A stretch of DNA of 64,000 nucleotides. Source: an uncultured Phycisphaerales bacterium (GTDB lineage Bacteria; Planctomycetota; Phycisphaerae; Tepidisphaerales; Tepidisphaeraceae). Position numbers and translations under genes: made by a program. This document shows positions 20,531 to 29,729 of this stretch, in pieces; within the stretch, counting starts at the first letter, position 1; each line of letters opens with the position of its first letter. The stretch spans positions 544,001 to 608,000 of the forward strand of contig CAVWVQ010000003.1 in assembly GCA_963758525.1 (NCBI GenBank). Direction: 5' to 3'. A model generated the notes under the pieces. That model did not search any database, was not told the DNA's origin, and saw only the letters and a program-made list of their open reading frames with translations.

Positions 20531-21889
20531 TCATTGCCCGCGGGAGCCGCCGGCATTTCTGCCGACGACCAGATAACGTGCAACGATATTAAACAGCAAC
20601 GACATGAGCAGCAGCACCAGCGCGACTTCGGTTAGCGCGGCGCGGTGCAGATCGGTGCTGGCCTCGGCAAATTCGTTGGCCAATAAGCTCGACATGGTCT
20701 GGGCTGGGGCAAACAGCGACGCGCGAATCTGATTGTTGTTTCCGATGACCATGGTGATGGCCATCGTTTCCCCCGCGGCACGGGCCAGCCCGAGCATGAC
20801 CGCGCCGAAAAGCCCCGACCGGCAGAACCGCAGCATTTCCCAGGAGCTTTGCCACCAGGTCGCTCCCAGGGCGACGGTCGCCTCGATCTGCGCCCGCGGC
20901 ACCGATCTGAGCACGTCGCGGCTGATGGCGGTGATGATGGGCAGGATCATCACCGCCAGCACCACCGACCCGCACAGCATGTCGCGGCCGGTCAGCGGCA
21001 GTTGACGGGTCACGACATGTCCGAGCACGTTGTTGTGCTCCTGAAACATCCACGCCACCGTCGGAGCCGAACCCAGCATCGCCTGCAGCGCCTCGCCGAT
21101 TCCCGGCGCGTGTGCTCCCGCGAAAGCCGCGACCCGCCCCGACAAGCCCAGCGATATCACCATCAGACTCAGGGGAAGGAAGACGGAAACCACCGCCGCC
21201 GTCACCGATCTTCCGACGGCGCGGCGCGATGCCACGACAGACGCGATGACGCCGACGACGACGGAAGCAAGCCCCCACCCAAAGGCCACCCAACTCGGCG
21301 GCGGCAGCAGATCGTAGAGGAACTTGGCGGCCGGTTCGATGTGCTCCTGAAGGAATGGCCCTAAAACAAACAAGCCCCAGATCCCGTAAGCGATCGATGG
21401 AATCGCCGCCAGGAATTCGATGAGGAATGAGACCGGCCCGGCCAGCAGACGCGGAGCGATGCGCACGAGAAACAGCGCCGCGCCCAGGCTCAGTGGAACA
21501 GCGATCACCAGGGAAATCACCGAGCTGACGGCCGTGCCGTAGATCACCGGCAGCGCGCCAAACGCCGGCGGCAGCGTCTGCATGACAGTTTCGCCGTCTT
21601 CGTCCATGACCGGCTCGCCATTGGCGTCGTGCTTGGGAACCTCCAGCTCATTGGGCCGCCATTCGCTGGAAACCAGGAATTTAAATCCAAAGGCCTTGAT
21701 GCTTGGCACCGCCGCATATGCCAGGACGGCCACCAGCGACCCGAGCATCAGCAGAACGATGATTGCGGCTCCGCTGGTGAGGACGCGCAGAATCAGATCC
21801 GAGCCAACGCGCCGGCTCCCGCTGACCAGTGGTCGCGCGGGAGCCGGTCGATAAGGGACAGTGGGAAGCGGTGCGACTTCAGTGGTCAT
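20531..21889 (-). CDS. pstC: Phosphate ABC transporter permease PstC (with an internal insertion)
   Basis: FGALPVIYGT, LAAIPSIAYGIWG, ARAAGETMA, ANEFAEA. Confidence 0.95.
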   Translation of the reverse strand: MTTEVAPLPTVPYRPAPARPLVSGSRRVGSDLILRVLTSGAAIIVLLMLGSLVAVLAYAAVPSIKAFGFKFLVSSEWRPNELEVPKHDANGEPVMDEDGETVMQTLPPAFGALPVIYGTAVSSVISLVIAVPLSLGAALFLVRIAPRLLAGPVSFLIEFLAAIPSIAYGIWGLFVLGPFLQEHIEPAAKFLYDLLPPPSWVAFGWGLASVVVGVIASVVASRRAVGRSVTAAVVSVFLPLSLMVISLGLSGRVAAFAGAHAPGIGEALQAMLGSAPTVAWMFQEHNNVLGHVVTRQLPLTGRDMLCGSVVLAVMILPIITAISRDVLRSVPRAQIEATVALGATWWQSSWEMLRFCRSGLFGAVMLGLARAAGETMAITMVIGNNNQIRASLFAPAQTMSSLLANEFAEASTDLHRAALTEVALVLLLMSLLFNIVARYLVVGRNAGGSRGQ

Positions 21890-21907
21890 ACGCGTACGCT
21901 CCGCCGA

Positions 21908-22972
21908 TCACTTGGACGCGACTGGCGAGCCACCGAAGGAAATATGAGAGAGGGCCGTGTCAATCTTCTTCTGGATGCTCTCTTTCAACGGTGCGTAGTC
22001 AAGGTCAGGGGCGAACTTTTGCGCGTCATGCGTGGCCCACTTGAGATAGGCCACCAGTGCCTCCGCCTGCTCCTTGGTCTTCAGGTTGTTCAGGTCCTTA
22101 TAGACAATAAGGTAGGTGAACGAGGCGATCGGGTAGGCGTCATCGCCGGGCTGGTTCCAGATGTTGCTGGCCAGAAGATCGCCTTCCATGGAGTCCACCG
22201 CCCCTTCGCCCGCCGCGGCGACGCGCTGGGGCGAGGCCTTGACGAATTTGCCCGCCTTATTCTGGATTGCGCCGTATTGAATCTTGTTCTTGTCGGCGTA
22301 ATTCTGTTCGAGATATCCGATTGCGCCCTTGGTGCCCTGCACCACTTGAGCGACGCCGGCATTCCCCTTGCCGCCCGACCCAACCGGCCACTTGACCTGC
22401 TTGCCGATCCCGATCGAACTCTTGAAATCCGCGCTCTGGGTGGAGAGATAGTTGGTGAACACGAAGTTGGTGCCGCTCCCGTCAGTGCGCCATGCCGGGG
22501 TGATCGCAAGATCCGGCAATTTCACGTCGGGGTTGAGCTTGGCAAGTGCCGGATCATTCCAGTTGTTGACCTTCCCCATGTAAATGTCGGCAAGCAGCTC
22601 GCCGGTGAAGTTCAGGTCTTTTTCGACACCCGGCACGTTGTAGGCCGGAACGATCCCGCCCGCGCACGAGGGAACTTCGATAAAGTTCTCCGCGCCGCCG
22701 GCGGCTGCGAACTCCTTCTTGCCCATCGGAGCGTCGGAACCGGCGAAGTCGATCGTCTTGTCGGTAATCCCCTTGATGCCGCCGCCTGAACCGATCGCCT
22801 GATAGTCGATCTTCACATCCGGGTTCACCTTCTGATACTCCGCAATCCACCGCTCGTACAGCGGCGCCGGGAAGGTGGCCCCTGCTCCCTGCAGCCGCGT
22901 CTCGCCCCGGGCCGAGGCAAAAGACAATCCGATCATTCCCAATGCCGCCAATACGCCTCGTGTTCCTCTCAT
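21908..22972 (-). CDS. pstS: Phosphate-binding protein PstS
   Basis: Signal peptide then GAGATFPAP, GSGGG, DFAGSD, RTDGSGT, YPIASFTY; ATG at 22972 after AAGGAG. Confidence 0.96.
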   Translation of the reverse strand: MRGTRGVLAALGMIGLSFASARGETRLQGAGATFPAPLYERWIAEYQKVNPDVKIDYQAIGSGGGIKGITDKTIDFAGSDAPMGKKEFAAAGGAENFIEVPSCAGGIVPAYNVPGVEKDLNFTGELLADIYMGKVNNWNDPALAKLNPDVKLPDLAITPAWRTDGSGTNFVFTNYLSTQSADFKSSIGIGKQVKWPVGSGGKGNAGVAQVVQGTKGAIGYLEQNYADKNKIQYGAIQNKAGKFVKASPQRVAAAGEGAVDSMEGDLLASNIWNQPGDDAYPIASFTYLIVYKDLNNLKTKEQAEALVAYLKWATHDAQKFAPDLDYAPLKESIQKKIDTALSHISFGGSPVASK

Positions 22973-23009
22973 CGCGCGTCTCCTTGTTTGGTGAGAGGAA
23001 TTGTCGGGA

Positions 23010-23053
23010 CATTCACTAAGATTCAATCCGGCAATTACTAAGAAATGATTAAG
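23010..23053 (-). promoter_or_regulatory. Putative Pho box (11-bp-period direct repeats) upstream of pstS
   Basis: Minus strand: CTTAATCATTT CTTAGTAATTG CCGGATTGAAT CTTAGTGAATG. Confidence 0.6.
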
Positions 23054-23071
23054 ATTTTCTGGATCTGCGGA

Positions 23072-23288
23072 ATGAGTGCGGCGTTTTGCCGCACTCATCC
23101 CCGGCTCTCTGCGCATTTCATCTGCTTGTGTACGTCCAAACAGGTAACCGGAACCCACGGAGCAAGCTCCGTGGGCGTTGGAAACCTTAGTACAGCGCCC
23201 CATTGAAAGAGGGCCACATGTAGGGCGGGATTTATCCCGCCGATTCGCATCCGGCGGAGGCATCCGGCGGGATAAATCCCGCCCTACA
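23072..23288. repeat. Cluster of palindromes including a GTAG-type REP doublet
   Basis: atgagtgcggcgttttgccgcactcat; cccacggagcaagctccgtggg; tgtagggcgggatttatcccgccg...cggcgggataaatcccgccctaca. Confidence 0.85.
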
Positions 23289-23314
23289 TTGATGGTCCCT
23301 TTGCGGATGTGTAC

Positions 23315-23524
23315 TTAGCGACGCCAGTAGCCCCTGTGCCAATAGTAGCCTCGACCGCGACCACCCCAGAAATAGTGACCTCGCACCCAGATCGCGCCGG
23401 GCCATGGGGCGACGCCGACAACCTCAACGCGATCCGGCGGCGGAGGGCCCGGCCGGTCTGGCACAACGATACATCCGGTGGCGATGCTCCCCATCAACAC
23501 CAGCGCACTCAGTAGGGTTCTCAC
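23315..23524 (-). CDS. Small lipoprotein with YXWGXW-like repeats
   Basis: GTG start after AAAGGAG, lipobox IATGC, PPPP, WVRGHYFW..YYWHRGYW. Confidence 0.8.
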   Translation of the reverse strand: MRTLLSALVLMGSIATGCIVVPDRPGPPPPDRVEVVGVAPWPGAIWVRGHYFWGGRGRGYYWHRGYWRR

Positions 23525-23675
23525 GGAAGGCTCCTTTCGAGGATTGCAGTTTCTAATTCGCACGCTGCATAATGCGGGCCAGCTTCTTCTGTTCAGACAC
23601 AAAACAAAGTCCCCGGTTGGGAGCCATTGCACCCAACCGGGGACCTGATTGCTGATTGATTCTTTGCCCGTCCCT

Positions 23676-24113
23676 CTATGCCGCCAGCGGCTGGGTCGAG
23701 AGATACAACCCGAGCATGCCGCGGTCAATATCTTCCATATCGACGAGCTGCCCGGCCACCTCAAACTGTTTGCCAACCTGCTGAACCCGGCTGACGGTCA
23801 TCCAGCCGACCCAGTCCTTGCGCGGCTCCATCTTCTCCCCGCTCGTATCCACGAACGGACAGATGCCGGCATAGGTCGGCAGCTCGAGGCGGACGCGAAT
23901 CTGGTGATCCGTCTTCAGATTTGCCTGGGCGGTTCTGACCCGAACCCCTCCTGCCGAGATATCCACAATCCGCCCAAACGTCTCGCCGGCTCGCTTGTCC
24001 CCATCCCAGCGTTCAACCCCGATTTCCTGAGTTTCCAAATCGTGTCGACGGAAGTTCCGGCGATCTTTGCCAGTCTTGGTCTTACCGGAACTACGCTCGT
24101 GCAGGGTGGTCAT
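23676..24113 (-). CDS. PilZ-domain protein
   Basis: RRNFRR (RxxxR) and DISAGG motifs; AGAGGAG RBS. Confidence 0.75.
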   Translation of the reverse strand: MTTLHERSSGKTKTGKDRRNFRRHDLETQEIGVERWDGDKRAGETFGRIVDISAGGVRVRTAQANLKTDHQIRVRLELPTYAGICPFVDTSGEKMEPRKDWVGWMTVSRVQQVGKQFEVAGQLVDMEDIDRGMLGLYLSTQPLAA

Positions 24114-24294
24114 TCGTGCTCCTCTTTGGCGATAGGTTGACGCATGAAACTCATCGGACAGAAGCATCCTCGACTTTGGATGGTTGGGCGCTTCCGGGAC
24201 TTGGGGCATTTTCTTCCGTTATTGGACGATCCCCATAACGCTCGACAGCGTCTCACAGCCGGAATAGTGTTAGCCGGAGATGCCGTGCTTCATC

Positions 24295-24378
24295 CCTGAA
24301 CCCGGACACCCTAAATCGTGACACCCTTAGCCCTCACATCCTGAACCCTGACACCCTGAACCCTGACCCCTGACACCC
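24295..24378. repeat. ACCCTGA-type heptamer repeat
   Basis: cctgaaccctgacaccctgaaccctgacccctgacaccc. Confidence 0.85.
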
Positions 24379-24380
24379 CC

Positions 24381-26042
24381 TTGTCCCGCATCCTCATCCT
24401 CATCCTCTTCATGCTCTGGCTGGCCTGGGACCCCGCCCAGTCGGTGGCGCCGCCGCCGCTCTCCATTGCGGTCCCTGTTTTCCTGGGAGGCTATTTTCTT
24501 TTGGTGCTCGGCACCGCAATCTGGGGCCGCCACGTTTCTCGCAAAGTGGCGGCCCGGAACTTCCAAACCAGCTTGCGGCGATTCAATCTCACAATGGAAG
24601 CCGCCCGCATCGCAATTCCGATCTGGTTTGGAATCGGGCTCTGTTTCCTCGGCTGGCGCGATGCGGTTGCCGAAGTGCTGCGACCTTCGCTCATGATCAG
24701 CGTCCTGGGAGTGATCGTCGGCACGCTCCCGCCATTGGCGGCGTGGATGGGACTCTGGTGGTCGCAATTCCCGGCCGATCGCGCGCTGCGGGAGCAGAGC
24801 ATTCTTGCTCTGATTGACAACGATCTTCCGCTGCACGCCCCCCCGCGATTCGCCAGCTATTTCCTGTCCAATCTCCGCCTGCAGGTCTTGTTTCTCGGAA
24901 TCCCCGTGCTGCTGATCGTGCTCGGCCATGACGCGGGCATCCTGCTGGGAAGCTTTCTTCATCTGCAGGAGCGACCGGCGGAGATTCTGGAACTGGCGTC
25001 CTGGATCGTCTCCATCGCCGCCATCTTCATCTTCGCGCCCGAGATCCTCCGTCGCGTGCTGCACACCGAATCGCTCGGCGATTCCGCATTGCGCCAACGG
25101 CTCGATGCGCTGTGCCGACGCACCGGGATTCGCTACCGTGACATCCTGTTGTGGAAGACCGATCACAACATGGGCAACGCCGCCGTCATGGGTTTTGTCC
25201 CGCGCCTCCGGTACATCCTCCTGTCCGATCTGTTGATCGAGAGCATGCCGGATGACGAAATCGAGGCCGTCTTCGCGCACGAATTGGGTCACATCGTGCA
25301 TCGGCATCTGAACTGGTACGTCGTTTTCGTGGTGGTGCTGGGACTGATCAACGCCGGCCCGGGCACTCGCCTGGGCGAGGCCATCGCCAGCCGCCTGGGC
25401 GGACACGCTCAGGATCTGCTTCCCGCCTCCCTCATGATGGGGACGTTCCTGCTGCTCTTTGGGTACGTGAGCCGCAAATTCGAACGCCAGGCGGATGTGT
25501 ACGCCGCCCGCACGATGCAGATGCGCCATGTGCAGCAATCACCGGACGGCGCTTCAATTGAGCGAATCGTTGACAGTTCCAGCGGCCCTATTCTCCCCTC
25601 CGCTGGTACTCCGGGAGAGGGTCAGGGTGGGGGCCTTCTCCGTCAGGGGCGCTCGAATTCGATGCGAGCCATTGGCGCGATCGAGCCCCCACCCCAGCCC
25701 TCCCCCCGAGTACCAGGGGAGGCGGAAAACGTCGCTGTCGCGCAGCGTGCGGCGTCTGACGCCCGCCCGCTCAGTCAGCCTTTCGTTTCCTTTGTCGGCC
25801 CCTACGGCGCATCTCTGTTCGCCTCCGCCCTGCGTCGCGTTGCCGTGGTGAACAACATCCCGGTCGGCGCCCGAAGCTGGTGTCACGGGTCGATCGCCAC
25901 GCGCATGGAGTATCTCCAGGGGCTCAGCGCGGATCCGCAACGAACCACCCGCTTCGATCATTTCATGCGTCGGCTCTACGCATCCATCATCGCCGCCCTG
26001 GTCGTCTCCGCGACGGTGTTCGCAATGACTTCTTACTCCTGA
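24381..26042 (+). CDS. M48 family (Ste24/HtpX-like) membrane zinc protease
   Basis: NAAVMG, HELGH, ERQADVYA, HGSIATR; multi-TM. Confidence 0.9.
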   Translation: MSRILILILFMLWLAWDPAQSVAPPPLSIAVPVFLGGYFLLVLGTAIWGRHVSRKVAARNFQTSLRRFNLTMEAARIAIPIWFGIGLCFLGWRDAVAEVLRPSLMISVLGVIVGTLPPLAAWMGLWWSQFPADRALREQSILALIDNDLPLHAPPRFASYFLSNLRLQVLFLGIPVLLIVLGHDAGILLGSFLHLQERPAEILELASWIVSIAAIFIFAPEILRRVLHTESLGDSALRQRLDALCRRTGIRYRDILLWKTDHNMGNAAVMGFVPRLRYILLSDLLIESMPDDEIEAVFAHELGHIVHRHLNWYVVFVVVLGLINAGPGTRLGEAIASRLGGHAQDLLPASLMMGTFLLLFGYVSRKFERQADVYAARTMQMRHVQQSPDGASIERIVDSSSGPILPSAGTPGEGQGGGLLRQGRSNSMRAIGAIEPPPQPSPRVPGEAENVAVAQRAASDARPLSQPFVSFVGPYGASLFASALRRVAVVNNIPVGARSWCHGSIATRMEYLQGLSADPQRTTRFDHFMRRLYASIIAALVVSATVFAMTSYS

Positions 26043-26116
26043 GCTGACTTCCGGCTCCTCCCCTTTTTCCTTTCACTGCGTTCCGCAGTTTACCCGCCGC
26101 GGCGGGTGCCTTACCC

Positions 26117-27007
26117 TCACTTCCTCCGTGCCTCCGTGTCTGCCCTCGCTGCCTTCAGTTCTCCCTGCGCCTCAATCAACTCCTGCTTCGCCGCCACGGT
26201 GTCTGGATCCACTTCCGCCGCCGCGCTGATCACCTTTTGCAATGCTGTTTTGGCATTGATATATCGCTGCGCCGTCGCGACCAGTTCCGGGTTGCCCGGA
26301 TCACCGTTGGCGCGGGCGGCGTTGAGTGCCGCATCGGCGGCATCGAGTTCTGACTTGGCCGACTGATACGCCGGCGTCTGCGAAAGTGCCGGCAACAGAC
26401 CCGCTGTTGCCGCTTCAACCTTCGCGCGTGCGCGGCTGACGGCCGCCGAAGCCTCGCTGTATCGCTGGGTTGCGCTGGGCGTTAGCGCCGCCGGGAAACT
26501 CGGTGCCGCAGTCACGGCAGCCGGCGCGGGCGGCGGAGGCGCGGCCCCCTGCGAAGCCCCGGAAGCATTCGGCGAGGGCGCCGAACCTCTGCTGCCCGGC
26601 GTCATGTCGAAAATGGTGCCGCTGCCAACCGGCTTCTCCACCACGGGCGCCGGCGCGGCGACCACCGGGGCCGGAGCCGGCTTCTGATCGATGACCGGCG
26701 CCGGTTTGAAGCGAGCTTCCCATTGCTTGAGCTGATCCACCACCTGCACGCGCGTGCCTTCATGGGAGATCCCGAACCCCGCGACTGAACCGCATGCCAG
26801 CAGACCCAGGAACGGCACGAACTTCCCGGTGTTTCCAATCAGCATCGATCCGAGAACCGCGAGCAGCGCCAGCATCAGGCCGACCGCGCCGATGAAGACG
26901 GCTCCCTTTTCCAGCCGGCCGGTTTGCAACGCGTACCACGCCACCCCGCCGGCCGCGATCGCGAGGATTCCCAGCGCGCTGATTTTCTTTCGTCGCGAGC
27001 GTGCCAT
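26117..27007 (-). CDS. Hypothetical membrane protein with Pro/Ala linker and helical C-terminus
   Basis: 3 N-terminal TM segments, low-complexity linker. Confidence 0.7.
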   Translation of the reverse strand: MARSRRKKISALGILAIAAGGVAWYALQTGRLEKGAVFIGAVGLMLALLAVLGSMLIGNTGKFVPFLGLLACGSVAGFGISHEGTRVQVVDQLKQWEARFKPAPVIDQKPAPAPVVAAPAPVVEKPVGSGTIFDMTPGSRGSAPSPNASGASQGAAPPPPAPAAVTAAPSFPAALTPSATQRYSEASAAVSRARAKVEAATAGLLPALSQTPAYQSAKSELDAADAALNAARANGDPGNPELVATAQRYINAKTALQKVISAAAEVDPDTVAAKQELIEAQGELKAARADTEARRK

Positions 27008-27085
27008 GCCGGTTCCTTGCACTCGCGCGTCCGCGCGATGGGTGAAGGTTCACTTGAAGCAGTCTCCCGCTTTTAGATCACACGT

Positions 27086-27636
27086 TCAAGACTGCTTCCG
27101 CGACCACGGAACATCCTGTATTCCCGCCTCAAAGTTTGACCAGCGCGCCTGCACGAAGAGCCAGTCGCTCAGCCGGTTCAAATACGTAAGCACAAGAGGA
27201 TCCATCCGCTCCGCCATCGCGAGCTGCACCGCCAACCGCTCCGCGCGCCGGCAGACCGTTCTTGCCACGTGCAGCCGGGCGGCGGTTTCGCAACCGCCGG
27301 GCAGAATGAAATTCCGCAGCGGCGCGAGCGGCGCCTCGGCGGCGTCGATCTCCTTTTCCAGGCGATCGATGCTCGCCTGCCCAAGCGGTTCCATCCCTGG
27401 CGGGCGCGAGCGCCAGCGGGCGTCGCCAATTCCGCGCCAATCACAAACAGCTCCCCCTGCGTCACCGTCAGCAGCTTCCGCAACGAACCTGGCGCGGGGA
27501 CGCAAGCCATGCCGATCCCTGCGTTGAGCTCATCGACCGTGCCGTAACATTCTATGCGCGGATCGCTCTTGCGGACCCGGCTTCCGCCGAACAATCCGGT
27601 CGACCCGTCGTCGCCGGTGCGGGTGTAAATCTTCAT
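27086..27636 (-). CDS. PduO-type cob(I)alamin adenosyltransferase (frameshift near 27400-27415)
   Basis: MKIYTRTGDDG..YGTVDELNA in one frame; FILPGG..LHVARTVCRRAER..YLNRLSDWLFV in the next. Confidence 0.92.
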
Positions 27637-27638
27637 GT

Positions 27639-28760
27639 TCAGGCCGTCGTGTTCAGGTAAACGTACACGTCGCCGTTGCGCAGCAGAATCAGATCATCTT
27701 TCCCGCTGCCGGTCAGATCGGCCGAGTAGATCCCAAATCCCGTCGGCCCGGCCCCTGCCACCGGCGTCGACTGCGCGAATGTCGCGTCTCCATTCCCGCT
27801 CAAGACCCGCAGCGTCGTCGTGAAATCCACCACCGCCAGGTCGTCGTCCCCGTCCCCATTGAAATCGCCCGCCGCGATCGACTCCAAAAACGCGCCGGCG
27901 TGAATCACCACCGGCGCCTTGGAGAACGTTCCATCCCCATTCCCAAGACGCAGGAAAATTCCGTCGCGAAACGTTCCGTTCACCGCGGCAATGTCTTCGA
28001 TGCCGTCGCCGTTGAAATCGCCTATCGCCAGCCAGACCGGGGCGGTGCCAAGTTGCGACGTCATCTTCAAGGCAAACGTGCCATTCCCGTTTCCCAGCAG
28101 CACGCGCACGCCCTTCTGGGCCGGCAGCGCAACGACCACGTCGGGAATTCCGTCCCCGTTGAAATCGCCGGTGGTCATGTAGCTGATCGAGCCGACGCTG
28201 ACATGATATCGCACCTCTGGAGTGAGCAGGCCCCCGTCGTTGTTGATGATCCCGACGGCGTGCGGCGTGCTGATCGCCAGATCAGTGAACCCATCGTGAT
28301 TGAAGTCCGCCGCCACGATCTTGCGGCCGCCTTGAATAATGCGGTAGCTCTGGGCTTTGGCAAACGTTCCATTCCCACTTCCGAGGTACACTATCACTAC
28401 GTCATCCGTGTCGCTCGCCCCGGCGAGGTTGATGGTTTTCGTGACTGGAAGCACGTCAGTCACCACCGCCAGATCCGTCTTCCCGTCGCCATTAAAATCT
28501 CCGGCGACAACAGCAATCGGATGGTCCAGCGTGATCGGCGTCCCCTTGAAGAACGTCCCATTGCCATTATTGATCAGGATGGTGATGGAATTATTTTCCG
28601 GATTCGGGATCGCCATGTCCGAAAATCCGTCCCCGTTGAAATCACCCAGCGCCACGTAATGCGCCGGCTGCCCGCTGCGGTAGATGGCCGGCGCGGCGAA
28701 CGTCGCCGCCGCACTGAGCAACACCCGGCTCTCCAACGCCTCCACGCCATTCACCGACAT
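27639..28760 (-). CDS. FG-GAP/VCBS repeat protein with planctomycete N-terminal motif
   Basis: EALESRVLLS; about 7 GDFNGDG repeats. Confidence 0.9.
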   Translation of the reverse strand: MSVNGVEALESRVLLSAAATFAAPAIYRSGQPAHYVALGDFNGDGFSDMAIPNPENNSITILINNGNGTFFKGTPITLDHPIAVVAGDFNGDGKTDLAVVTDVLPVTKTINLAGASDTDDVVIVYLGSGNGTFAKAQSYRIIQGGRKIVAADFNHDGFTDLAISTPHAVGIINNDGGLLTPEVRYHVSVGSISYMTTGDFNGDGIPDVVVALPAQKGVRVLLGNGNGTFALKMTSQLGTAPVWLAIGDFNGDGIEDIAAVNGTFRDGIFLRLGNGDGTFSKAPVVIHAGAFLESIAAGDFNGDGDDDLAVVDFTTTLRVLSGNGDATFAQSTPVAGAGPTGFGIYSADLTGSGKDDLILLRNGDVYVYLNTTA

Positions 28761-28850
28761 ATTCAACTCCTGGCCCAACCGCGCCGCGAAAGTCCGGGGA
28801 GCGTACACGAAGCACGCCATGTGAGATAGTCGGTGCTTCCCGCTATAATC

Positions 28851-29086
28851 ATGGCATTACGTAAGACGACTTCCAGCAGTTGCTCGACGCACTGGCAGAG
28901 CGATCACCGTTTCGTGCCTTTCACCGTTGAACTGGTCGGCGGTCGGCGCTTCGAAGTTGATCGCGCCGGGCGCTGGTGGAGCGAGACGGGGTCGCCGTGT
29001 TTATTGCCCCGGGAGGAGTGCCAATCTGGTTTGATCAAGAGAGCGTCACGGCGATAGCCGGCGACACGGCGGGCACCTCGGCGTAA
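28851..29086 (+). pseudogene. Small hypothetical gene broken by several indels
   Basis: Joining frames gives DDFQQLLDALAERSPFRAFTVELVGGRRFEV..ALVERDGVAVFIAPGGVPIWFDQESVTAIAGDTAGTSA*. Confidence 0.5.
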
Positions 29087-29174
29087 CCGCCGTCTCGCGT
29101 AATGTCGTTCTCTTTTGGAAGGCTTTTGCCGCGCCTCCCGCGAAGATGGGATACTTCCAATACAAGCGTCAATC

Positions 29175-29648
29175 ATGACAAGAGCAGATGACAATGCGGG
29201 CGAAAGTGATCCCTTTGACCTGAACCGCTTCCTGGCCGCGCAAGAAGATTGCTACGACGATGTTCTCGCGGAACTCAACGCCGGCCAAAAGCGCACGCAC
29301 TGGATGTGGTTCATCTTCCCGCAGCTTGATGGCCTGGCGTTCAGCGCAATGTCAAAACGGTATGCGATCAGGAGTCTCGAGGAGGCTCAAGCATACCTCG
29401 ACCACCCCATCCTCGGACCGAGACTGCTCCAATGCGCGCAGGCGGTCGTAGACGTTGAAGAACGATCCGCGGCAGAGATCTTCGGCTCCCCCGACGATCT
29501 CAAACTGAAATCGTGCGCAACGCTCTTCGCGGCAATGTCACCTCCCGATTCCGTATTCGAGCGCATCCTTGCGAAGTATTATGACAACGTTCCAGATGAC
29601 CGGACGCTGCAACTGGTCGAGAAGTTGAAGAAACAGGCGGCCGATTGA
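29175..29648 (+). CDS. DUF1810 family protein
   Basis: DPFDLNRF..AQ, GQKRTHWMWFIFPQL, YLDHPILGPRL, IFGSPDDLKLKSCATLF. Confidence 0.93.
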   Translation: MTRADDNAGESDPFDLNRFLAAQEDCYDDVLAELNAGQKRTHWMWFIFPQLDGLAFSAMSKRYAIRSLEEAQAYLDHPILGPRLLQCAQAVVDVEERSAAEIFGSPDDLKLKSCATLFAAMSPPDSVFERILAKYYDNVPDDRTLQLVEKLKKQAAD

Positions 29649-29729
29649 AATGGCATCTGGCTGAGACGTTGTTTCGGAAACCTTCCCCCTCTCCCGGTAC
29701 TCCGGGACAGGGCTCTGAATCAGGTGAAG

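Noticed and set aside
22973..23263. N-terminal extension of PstS in the ORF track
   Set aside because: Covers promoter and REP sequence; RBS and signal peptide place the start at 22972
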